From Malassezia furfur (taxonomy: Eukaryota): a stretch of DNA of 37,744 nucleotides. The translations under genes were made by a program, and so were the position numbers. Numbering within the stretch: the stretch's first letter is position 1; each line of letters opens with the position of its first letter. Below the pieces are notes generated by a model, which did no database searches, had not been told where the DNA came from, and worked only from the letters and a program-made list of their open reading frames with translations. This document shows, in pieces, positions 20,920 through 29,366 of this stretch. The stretch lies in NCBI GenBank assembly GCA_052055015.1, contig JBQJIT010000062.1. One strand, written 5' to 3'.

Positions 20920-23316
20920 ATGCCCACGACGGGGGGCGGCGACGCGGATGCGAGCGCATCGCATGTATCCATGGACACTGGTGAGCCCCTTGTAGGCGAT
21001 TTTCCCGCTCCGGGCACGGGTCCGTTTGCGCGACACGAGCTCGTGCGGGTGCTGCTGCAATCGCTCCGTGATCTTGGGTTGCAAGAAACGGCGCGCGCGC
21101 TCCAGCACGAGTCGCATGTCGATCTCGAGGCGCCCGTGATCGCCGCGTTCCGCACTGCCGTGCTGCGCGGGAATTGGGACGCCGCTGAACACGAGCTTGG
21201 GCGTGCCGCGAGCGACGCCTCCATCCATATCTCCGCGCCACCGTCGGGCGCCCTGAGCGACGACCCGCCGAGCCCCAGTGCGTCCAGCGCGCACGCTCAA
21301 GGCATTGCGTACATTCGCTTTCAGCTGCACGAGCAACAGTACCTCGAACTGCTCGAGAGCGGGCAGATACCCAGTGCGCTGCGCATCCTTCGCGAGCGGC
21401 TCGCGCCGCTGGCGCCGCGTGCCCAACGCCTTCAGGTGCTGAGCAGCCTGGTGCTATGTGCGGACGTCAACGAGCTGTACACGCGCGCAAACTGGGACGG
21501 CGCGCGTGGCACATCGCGGCGTGCGCTGCTCGACCGTATCGAACGCGTGGTGGACTCGGCGTCGATGCTCCCCAATGGGCGCCTCATCCACCTACTCGAA
21601 CAGGCCGTTGCATTCCAACGGCTCCAAGACCCGTACTACTCGGCGGACACAACGCGAACCACACCGCCGAGTTTGCTGACCGACTTTGCGGGCGACCCAC
21701 AGCACTTTCCGCGGCACAATAGTCATGTCCTTCAGGGCCATGCGGACGAGGTGTGGACACTACGTTTTTCGCCCTCGGGGCGACTACTCGCGACCGCAGG
21801 GCGTGACCGTATCGTGACCGTGTGGGATGTCGATGACCATTTTGCCGTGCGTGCTCGCCTCGAGCACCGTGATCCGGTCGCGAGCATCGACTTCTCCCCC
21901 GACGAACAGCAGCTCGTGGTCGCCAGCGAGGAGGAGGTCACGCTGTGGGACCTTGACACGAAGCATGGTGTGACGTTTGTCGAGCACCAGCACACGGTGT
22001 CGACGGTGCGCTTCCTGCCTGCACCAAAGCATGCCTCGTCGTCGCAACGTGCTGCGGCGTTTGTGAGTGGCGCCATGGACCATGCAATGCTCTTCTGGGA
22101 TGCACAAGGAAACGTGGTTGCGCGGCACGATCTCGGGCCGTACCGTGTTACCTCGCTTGACGTCTCGCCCGACGGACGCACGCTTGTCGCTGTTGCATGG
22201 CAGCCGCCGCCGGCCAAGGCGATGACGTCGCCCGACGGCTTTGCGCGCGGCGGGAGGATGCGTCGCGGCACGTCAGACGACTCAGTGATGACGCTTCTCC
22301 CGCTCTCACTTACGGGCGGCGCCTTTATTCCGTACGATATTCGACACTACTCGGGCATTGCCGGGACACGCGCCGCGGGGCTCGACCTGCTCAACTTTCC
22401 CAATGAGCAACCGGATGAGCGGCCAGGGACCCGGCGCGCGCGGCAGGCGCTCGAGCGCACATACGACGCGCTCGAGGGCCGTGCCGATGACGCCGAGGCG
22501 TCACGCTCCTCAGACGCCTCCGCGCACACCGAGCGTTCGCGTATCCTGGTATTTGACCTGACCACCCAGCGCGAGACCGGTTCCCTCTACGTCCCCGAGA
22601 CACTCGATCATGTCGCCATCTCGCCTGACTCGCAGTCGGCGCTGCTGAGCGGGATCGGATGCGACGTCATCCTGCTCAACATTGCCTCGCGGACGCTGCA
22701 GCAGCGCTATCATGGCCACAAAGCGGATGAGTTTGTGATTCGTGCAACGTTTGGCGGGCACGGCGAGCAGCTCGCGGGCGGCCTCGGCGCGCCGTTCGTT
22801 GTGAGCGGCTCCGAGGACGCACAAATCTACTTTTGGCACCGCGCGTCGGGCCGTCTGATTGAGAGCAGCTGCCGACACGCCCATGGTGCTGTGAACGACA
22901 TTGCCTGGCGGCCACAGCACGACGCGGTGATGGCGTCGTGCGGTGACGACGGGACGGTACGGATTTGGCAGCCTACGATGCCGAGCAAAGAGTCGGTCCA
23001 CTACGCTACCGAGCAGGAGCCTATCATGCCCATTCGACGCACGGGTACATACGCTGCAGACGACTGGAAACGTCCGTACGAGGAAAAGGAGGTACCGATG
23101 GACGACGGTGCTGACGACGGGGGCACCCCGGAGCCGGGGCCGGTCAATCTGAATCTGGGCGCTGGCGCCGGCGCCAGCGCCGCACGGCGCGCCGAACTGC
23201 ATGCCGACGTACGCCCGATCCCACCGGGTCGGATCAGGCCCCCAACGAGCCCCGAGCACGAGCCCTTGGCGAGTTCGTCGCCGCCCGCGGCACGGCCGCC
23301 GCTCCTACCCTGGTAG
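20920..23316 (+). CDS. LisH/CTLH + WD40 protein, Gid7/WDR26-like
   Basis: ELVRVLLQSLRDLGLQETARALQHES (LisH), FRTAVLRGNW, EQQYLELLE, WDGARGTSRRALL, PNGRLIHLLEQA, GHADEVW, FVIRATFGG, SGSED. Confidence 0.88.
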   Translation: MPTTGGGDADASASHVSMDTGEPLVGDFPAPGTGPFARHELVRVLLQSLRDLGLQETARALQHESHVDLEAPVIAAFRTAVLRGNWDAAEHELGRAASDASIHISAPPSGALSDDPPSPSASSAHAQGIAYIRFQLHEQQYLELLESGQIPSALRILRERLAPLAPRAQRLQVLSSLVLCADVNELYTRANWDGARGTSRRALLDRIERVVDSASMLPNGRLIHLLEQAVAFQRLQDPYYSADTTRTTPPSLLTDFAGDPQHFPRHNSHVLQGHADEVWTLRFSPSGRLLATAGRDRIVTVWDVDDHFAVRARLEHRDPVASIDFSPDEQQLVVASEEEVTLWDLDTKHGVTFVEHQHTVSTVRFLPAPKHASSSQRAAAFVSGAMDHAMLFWDAQGNVVARHDLGPYRVTSLDVSPDGRTLVAVAWQPPPAKAMTSPDGFARGGRMRRGTSDDSVMTLLPLSLTGGAFIPYDIRHYSGIAGTRAAGLDLLNFPNEQPDERPGTRRARQALERTYDALEGRADDAEASRSSDASAHTERSRILVFDLTTQRETGSLYVPETLDHVAISPDSQSALLSGIGCDVILLNIASRTLQQRYHGHKADEFVIRATFGGHGEQLAGGLGAPFVVSGSEDAQIYFWHRASGRLIESSCRHAHGAVNDIAWRPQHDAVMASCGDDGTVRIWQPTMPSKESVHYATEQEPIMPIRRTGTYAADDWKRPYEEKEVPMDDGADDGGTPEPGPVNLNLGAGAGASAARRAELHADVRPIPPGRIRPPTSPEHEPLASSSPPAARPPLLPW

Positions 23317-23608
23317 CACCGCCAACCCTGCACCAATGACGTCGGGCTGCGTTTCCTTGTGGGGAACGGCCGTAGGCACGAAATCGAGTCATACGTTATC
23401 CACGCTCGCTGATTGGTTCGTCTGTCGGAAATTCTTAGCGACGTGCTCGAGTTTATCAGTAACTATCGCATTGGGCCTGTAAGCGTTGGGCACACTCGGC
23501 CGTCGCCGGGGTTCGATAACGTGCTCGCGCCTTGGCAGGACGGGCAGAATTATATAGTGAGTGACTCGGCCAGACTTTGTCTCTTCCTTCCGCACAATTT
23601 CTTTCATC

Positions 23609-23814
23609 ATGACCCTTTAAATTATACGATTGAACTGAAACGAACTTGTGCAACCTTGCGCCCGTCTTTCCCTTGAACTTAGATGCGCCTCCTATTATCG
23701 GAACCGTACAGCTAATCTGAGCTGTAGTAAGTCACTATCATCATGATGCTGCCTCAACACTCTTGTGACGCTTCGGAGCCTTTCTCTGAAGCTTATGAAC
23801 CACTGCCTACGTAA
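23609..23814 (+). promoter_or_regulatory. Three upstream ORFs in the GCN4/CPC1 leader
   Basis: uORF1 23609-23620 (MTL*), uORF2 23683-23715 (MRLLLSEPYS*), uORF3 23743-23814 (23 codons, overlapping the in-frame ATG 23795). TATATAG at 23551. Confidence 0.75.
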
Positions 23815-24946
23815 AAAACCACACGCTTTACCTGCCGAGCCACACACGCCGGAAGGTACCTTGCCTATCGAACCGTGCATTCGTCCGCTACAACGAATGC
23901 CATTCGACTTCCAATTTGACACGCCCGCGTCCTTGGCCCCCCAGGCGCTTGGACTCAAGACTGAGGACACCGAGCTCTCAACGAGCTTGTCCCTCTTTCC
24001 GATCACGCACCTCAACGGATGCGAGAACCTCGAGTCGACCTGGAGCGACGACTCACCCGGCATGTCCGAGTCGCTCCTGTCTTTGGACTTTGACTCGGCC
24101 AACGAGCTCGGCTCGTCGGCACTGCAGAGCGGCAGCTTTTCGGATCCTTCGCCCACGCTGGTGACGCCTACGGACCCGGCCCACCAAACATTGTTTTCGC
24201 CTCTTTCTGGTGATATGTTTGCCCCGGAGTCGCGAACCGGCTCCTGCCAGGATGTGTCGGCACCCGTCTCTAAGCGCGCCTGCTTGGAGCTCGACAAGAC
24301 GAGCATGTCGTTCCCTGGAACGATGGCCGACTTTACGCTCTTCCCTAAAGAGGACGAAAAGAGGATGCCCTCGGCCACTCACTCGTCGAGCCTGAACCAA
24401 CATGCTCAGAGTGCCGATGTCCTCAACCTGCTCAATACGCTGAACGCGCCGATGCGCGAGGCCAATGAGCAGCAACTGGGCGACAAACAGGAGCCGGTCA
24501 TGACAGCGTCGCTGCCCGAGATCAGCAACATACACAAGAGCCCTGGTGTGCCCACTCGTGGAACGCGGCGTCGTCGCCGCGATGCAGACGAGTTGCTCCC
24601 AATTGACGCGCCCATCCAGCCCAGAACCTACCACACCGAGTCGGCCACCTCCAGGCGCGACTCGACGGGAAGCAAGTCGAGGTCCACATCGCCACGCGAG
24701 GCACAAGACTCGCCGCGTACGCCGAGCGTCCTGCTGGAAAACAACCCGGACATGGACGCTCGTTCGCTGAAGCGACTGAGTAACACCCTCGCTGCGAGGC
24801 GTTCGCGCCATCGCAAGGCCGAGGAGTTGAAGAAGCTCTACGACACGATCGAAGAGCTTCGCCAAGAGGCCGCGATGTGGAAGAAGCGTTGCGAGGATGC
24901 CGAGCGCCAGCGCGACCAGCGCTGGCTCTCTACGCCGTCCATGTAA
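23795..24946 (+). CDS. GCN4: Gcn4/Cpc1-family bZIP transcription factor (general amino-acid control)
   Basis: Basic region KRLSNTLAARRSRHRK plus a short zipper; LLPIDAPIQPRTYHTESATSRRD resembles basidiomycete Cpc1 proteins; acidic N-terminus; uORF leader. Start uncertain (ATG 23795 or 23897). Confidence 0.8.
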   Translation: MNHCLRKKPHALPAEPHTPEGTLPIEPCIRPLQRMPFDFQFDTPASLAPQALGLKTEDTELSTSLSLFPITHLNGCENLESTWSDDSPGMSESLLSLDFDSANELGSSALQSGSFSDPSPTLVTPTDPAHQTLFSPLSGDMFAPESRTGSCQDVSAPVSKRACLELDKTSMSFPGTMADFTLFPKEDEKRMPSATHSSSLNQHAQSADVLNLLNTLNAPMREANEQQLGDKQEPVMTASLPEISNIHKSPGVPTRGTRRRRRDADELLPIDAPIQPRTYHTESATSRRDSTGSKSRSTSPREAQDSPRTPSVLLENNPDMDARSLKRLSNTLAARRSRHRKAEELKKLYDTIEELRQEAAMWKKRCEDAERQRDQRWLSTPSM

Positions 24947-25054
24947 TGTGTTTCGGTATTTGCACGTAGTTTGGGTTTTCGTTTTTTTTTTTTAGCATGA
25001 GTGCGTATGTGCAATTCGCTCGTACCCATTGGCTGATCGGCTACTGAACGTTGT

Positions 25055-25570
25055 CTACTCAGCCTTGGGCTTCTCGCCCGGGGCATCTTGAAGCAGGCCC
25101 GCCTTTTGCAGCATAGCCTCGAGCTCGCCACTCTGGTGCACTGTTGTTAGTGTATGGCTTCGCGTACTGTTCAGCATAATATCACAACCACCAACGAATT
25201 CGCCGTTGATGTACACCTGGGGGATAGTGGGCCAATCACTGAATTCCTTGATCCCATCGCGCAACTCCTGGTCTTCCAAGCAGTTGTAGGTAGCAACCAG
25301 GTCCGGCTTCACACCCTGGACCTGAAGAATTTGGAGCACAGCACGACTGAAACCACACTGGGGCATCTCCGGCGAGCCCTTCATGAACACCACCAGGGGG
25401 TCCTCGTGGACCGCCTTCTCGATCTTCTGACGAGTCTCCGTCGAGAGAAGACGCATAAGCGAGGGCATCGCCGGCGCACGGGCCGCGAGGCGCGGCACAG
25501 CGGTAGTCGGGCGCTGGAATTAGAGCGCAATACCTACCAAGAGGGTCGCAGCCGCCTGACGAACGAACAT
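25055..25570 (-). CDS. GRX5: Mitochondrial monothiol glutaredoxin Grx5, 3 exons
   Basis: FMKG...[22 protein letters not shown] 25570 gives presequence [15 protein letters not shown]. Introns at 25514-25537 (24 nt, contains an in-frame TAA) and 25141-25167 (27 nt). Confidence 0.95.
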
Positions 25571-25693
25571 GACAGTGGTGGCGAACCGAGCGATGACGTT
25601 CCGTGCGCATTTATTTCCCTGCATGGGAATTACAATCGCCGTTCTTTTTCTTCCCAGCACATTTTTTTCGGTGGTGTGGATTGCACTGCATTG

Positions 25694-25884
25694 GTATGTA
25701 ATAGTGGGCGGCATCGCAGGGATGATTCTTTTAGATGACGAGTATGAGGACTGGATCGTATGCATTCCGTGCTGCCCCAGAGCGGCGCCAACCTTGGCCC
25801 GCGAATCCGATGCTTCCAACATTGGCTACCAAACCTGAGCTTGATATGCCGCCTGCCCTCGGTGTGAGGACGTACTGACCTCAG
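25694..25884 (+). other. 191-nt 5'-UTR intron of TSR4 (snoRNA host)
   Basis: Donor GTATGT at 25694, branch TACTGAC at 25873-25879, acceptor CAG ending at 25884, 2 nt before the TSR4 ATG. Confidence 0.7.
25719..25838 (+). ncRNA. Box C/D snoRNA, snR75-like (predicted guide for 25S Gm2288 equivalent)
   Basis: Box C GGGATGA 25719-25725; guide TTAGATGACGAG 25731-25742, complementary to LSU rRNA CTCGTCATCTAA; D' ATGA 25744-25747; TTGGCTACC 25822-25830, complementary to the neighbouring rRNA GGTAGCCAA; box D CTGA 25835-25838; flanking stem GGCGGCAT (25707-25714) / ATGCCGCC (25846-25853). Confidence 0.85.
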
Positions 25885-25886
25885 TC

Positions 25887-27423
25887 ATGTCCGCTCTCAG
25901 ATACGACGAAGACTCTGATTACGGGTCCGATGAAGAAGAAGGAGTGTCAACCGTGCATCTCGGTCTTGCCGATGGTCCGCTTGAGGGCGACGACGAAAGT
26001 AACCCACTCGTGTCCCGTATTGGTGGTCGCCCGGCATGGTTGCCACTCGCTGCGAACAACCTGCCACCTGCCTCGCTCATTGAGTGTTCGCAATGCAAGC
26101 AGCCCATGGAACTGTTGGTACAAATCTTTGCCCCACTCGAGGATTCTCCCTATGATCGCAACCTACTGGTTTGGGGTTGTGCGCTTGCGGAATGCCAGCG
26201 CAAAGCGCAAGGCAGGTACGTTGGAAATGCGGTGCAGCAGGATGAGAAGCAATTTCTTCACTTGAGTTTGTAATGAAACCAAACCCAACTTTGACTATTT
26301 TATACCTTGGCTGATCTGCACCGCATGACTGTGAACCGGGCTAACCCTCAGTGTGCGCGTCATTCGCATGTTGAAATACAATGCCCGATGGGCAGCTAAG
26401 CTCGAAAAGCAGCGCAAGAAACAACAAGCGCGGGAGGCGCGACTCGCCGAGCGCAAGAAGAAGGAAGCAGACGCTGAGGCAGAGAAGGCGCGTCGTGAAC
26501 GGGCAACCAACCCCTTCAGCATGTCTGCCACAACGAACAGCAGTTCACTTTTTGGTACTGGCTCGCTCTTTTCTTCTGCGCCTCAACTGTCAGAAGCAGA
26601 CAAAAAGGAAGACACTTTGGCGCAACATACCCCATCGGAAACCAACGATGCCGACGAATCTGAGGATGAAAGCGCGAGCGAGTACGATGAAGATGAACGG
26701 CTCGCGGAAGAACTGGCCATCAAGGCGTCGCTCGAGCAACAACGTGAACAACTCGGCGCAGAAAACGACTGGGCGGCTACTGCGCCCTGCTATACCCCCG
26801 CACTCTATCTCAACACTATCCCGGAGCCGTCGCGCACGTCGGAAAAACTGGACCCGCCATCCAATGCGACCCTCGAGCGTGCTGCCGAGTCCGGTGCGGA
26901 CATGGATCAGGGCGATGAAGAAGAGTATGAGCGCATGCGTGTCGAAGGAATCGATGAAGTCTTCGAGCGTTTTACGGAGCGTCTCGGCTCCGAGGCACGC
27001 CAAGTGGTCCGGTACGAGTTTGATGGGATGCCGCTACCCTTCACGGGGCTTGGCAGCGTCTACCGTCAACTCTGGCCTGCCAATAAGTACGATGGATCCA
27101 AGGTGCCACCGTGCCCGCAATGCGGTGCACCTCGTGTTTTTGAGGTACAGCTTATGCCAAACCTTGCCAATCTCTTGCGTGCAGAGCAGTTGAAGCACCG
27201 CACGGCTTCGACAGCAGGCGCGGACGAAGAAATGCGACGCCGCGCAGAGATCGCCTCGACGCTTGGCATTGAGGTGGAAAAGGCGGGCGATCGATCCATG
27301 CTTCCCACGGGTATCGTGTGGAGCACGGCCATGGTGTTTGTATGCAGCAAGGACTGCAGTCAGCACGACGGTGAGGGTTGGGCCGAAGAATGGACGGCCG
27401 TGCAATTCGAGCAAGAGATATAG
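25887..27423 (+). CDS. TSR4: Tsr4/PDCD2L (uS5/Rps2 chaperone, PDCD2_C domain), 2 coding exons
   Basis: VHLGLADG, SRIGGRPAWL, CSQC...MELLVQIFAPL, WGC; a 136-nt intron at 26216-26351 gives GSVRVIR; QVVRYEFDG.PL, CPQCGAPRVFEVQLMPNL, WSTAMVFVCSKDC, EEW. Confidence 0.9.
26239..26314 (+). ncRNA. Box C/D snoRNA, snR47/U36C-like (predicted guide for 25S Am2220 equivalent)
   Basis: Inside the TSR4 coding intron. Perfect 11-bp terminal stem ATGCGGTGCAG (26227-26237) / CTGCACCGCAT (26316-26326); box C AGGATGA 26239-26245; guide AATTTCTTCAC 26251-26261, complementary to LSU GTGAAGAAATT; D' TTGA 26262-26265; C' GTAATGA 26270-26276; box D CTGA 26311-26314. Confidence 0.85.
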
Positions 27424-27426
27424 CCA

Positions 27427-29307
27427 ATGTATACTATCCCATTACTTCTACCTCCACATTGCTTGTCGTCCAGTATGACGGGCCCTCCGCGACGCGAGGC
27501 TTCGCGGATCGACGAAAAGTTGGCTGAGAAGGGCGAGCAGAATGTCTGGTCGCTGGAATTCTTCCCGCCAAAAACGAACGAGGGTCTCGCCAACTTGTTC
27601 TCCCGTATCCACCGGATGACCAACAACCTAAACCCGGGATGGGTCCATGTCACTTGGGGGGCAGGAGGTTCCACGCGCGACAGCTCACTGGAGCTTGCAA
27701 TCCGTGTGCAGAAAGGCGCATTGGATCCGAACACCTCATGGGAGGAGGATGATCCGGCGCGCTCGCCGCTCGATACGGCCGGGTGTGATGTGTGTTTACA
27801 TCTGACCTGCACCAACGTCGAGCGCGCGATCCTCGATGCTACGCTCGAGCGGGCTCGGTGCGCTGGCATTCGCAACATTCTCGCCTTGCGCGGAGATCCA
27901 CCGCGCGGAGAGGAGTACTGGGTCGCGTCTGATACGCGCTTCCAGCATGCGATCGACTTGGTACGCTACATTCGCGCCAAGCACGGCGACTATTTTTGTA
28001 TCGGCGTGGCCGGCTATCCCGAAGGCCTGACCGAGGACGCGCAGCGCAGCGTGTACACCGACCTCGAGTTTCTGAAGCAGAAACAAGATGCCGGCGCGCA
28101 GTTCATTGTGACGCAGTTCTTCTACGATACGGACCGCTTCCTCTCCTGGGTGCGCCTGTGCCGTGAGCGAGGCATTACGGTCCCTATCATCCCGGGCATC
28201 ATGCCGATCCAGAACTACAACAGTTTCCGTCGTATGTCCAATTTGTGCCGCGTGCATGTCCCCCCTGCGCTGCTCTCCTCGTTGGAGCCGCTCAAAATGG
28301 ATGACGCCAAAGTCAAGGAACACGGCGTCCGCCTCGCAGAGAAGATGGTCGCTCGAATTCGCGCAGAGACGGATATCCGTGCGTTCCACATCTACACCCT
28401 GAACCTTGAAAAAAGCACGACTCAGCTCATCCAGGCCGCCGATGTGCCGTACGGACGCCCTTCGACGCCGCCCCTGACCCACGTCCAAGCTGCTGCCAAG
28501 TCGCCCTCGGCCAACTGGCCCACCGTGTCTGGATGGGAGACATGGGACGAGTTTCCCAATGGTCGATATGGTGACCCGCGTAGCCCCGCGTTCGGTGAGC
28601 TCGACGGCTATGGCGCGAGCCTCAAGGTGCCCCCAGAAGACGCGCGCAAGTTGTGGGGCACCCCGGTTGATGAGGATGACATTGCGCGGCTGTTCACTGC
28701 GTACGTGGAAGGCAAGTTGTCGTGTATCCCCTGGTGCGATATCCCGGTCTGGGATGAAACCGTGCAGCTTTTGCCGTCGCTCTTGCGCCTCAACCGGCCC
28801 AAGAGCGAAGGGGGGAAGAGCTGGTGGACGGTTGGCTCGCAGCCGGCAGTCGACGGCATTGACAGCGCGGACCCCACGTTCGGGTTCGGGCCGAGCAATG
28901 GCTTCATCTTCCAGAAATCGTTTGTGGAGCTCTTTGTCACCGAGTCGGAAAAGCAGGCGTTGGTGCAAGCGATCCAGGCCAGTCCCGTGCCAGTGACCTA
29001 CTTTGCCGGTACGAGCAACCCCCAAGACTTTGAGACCAACGTGGAGCCGAATGGCTTGAACGCCGTGACGTGGGGTGTCTTTCCCGGCAAAGAGGTCGCC
29101 CAATCCACTATCATCGAGGAGCAGTCGTTCCGGGCATGGTGTGAGGAGGCCTTTGCGATCTGGCGCGAGTGGGAGCTGCTTTTCCCACCGCGCTCGGCAA
29201 CGCACAAGTTACTTCGCAGCATTCACGATACAAGGTGGCTCGTGACGGTGGTCCACCACGACTACAAGGACCCCGAAGCGCTCTGGAAGCTCCTCGAGTC
29301 CCTTTAA
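27427..29307 (+). CDS. MET12: Methylenetetrahydrofolate reductase, Met12-type
   Basis: SLEFFPPKT, VTWGAGGST, CLHLTCTN, NILALRGDPPRG, GVAGYPEG, IVTQFFYD, TWDEFPNGRYGDPRSPAFGELDGYG, WWTVGSQPA, NAVTWGVFPG. Start may be 27475. MET12 versus MET13 is a judgement from motifs. Confidence 0.85.
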   Translation: MYTIPLLLPPHCLSSSMTGPPRREASRIDEKLAEKGEQNVWSLEFFPPKTNEGLANLFSRIHRMTNNLNPGWVHVTWGAGGSTRDSSLELAIRVQKGALDPNTSWEEDDPARSPLDTAGCDVCLHLTCTNVERAILDATLERARCAGIRNILALRGDPPRGEEYWVASDTRFQHAIDLVRYIRAKHGDYFCIGVAGYPEGLTEDAQRSVYTDLEFLKQKQDAGAQFIVTQFFYDTDRFLSWVRLCRERGITVPIIPGIMPIQNYNSFRRMSNLCRVHVPPALLSSLEPLKMDDAKVKEHGVRLAEKMVARIRAETDIRAFHIYTLNLEKSTTQLIQAADVPYGRPSTPPLTHVQAAAKSPSANWPTVSGWETWDEFPNGRYGDPRSPAFGELDGYGASLKVPPEDARKLWGTPVDEDDIARLFTAYVEGKLSCIPWCDIPVWDETVQLLPSLLRLNRPKSEGGKSWWTVGSQPAVDGIDSADPTFGFGPSNGFIFQKSFVELFVTESEKQALVQAIQASPVPVTYFAGTSNPQDFETNVEPNGLNAVTWGVFPGKEVAQSTIIEEQSFRAWCEEAFAIWREWELLFPPRSATHKLLRSIHDTRWLVTVVHHDYKDPEALWKLLESL

Positions 29308-29366
29308 TCGCACGCAAAACCGCTCCAACAGCGGGAGAAGGTAGGTCTGTACATTCAACTGGGCGA

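Noticed and set aside
20839..20922. Zinc-finger gene and GID7-like gene are in frame with one TAG between them
   Set aside because: TAG-T is not a leaky context, the GC-rich spacer lacks stops by chance, and both proteins look complete.
24982..24993. T12 run (and T10 at 18207-18216)
   Set aside because: Ordinary low-complexity sequence in convergent 3' UTRs; no Pol III gene or retroelement adjacent.
25569..25838. 89-aa hydrophobic ORF between GRX5 and TSR4
   Set aside because: Overlaps the promoter and the snR75-like snoRNA intron, which explain the sequence better; no recognisable domain.
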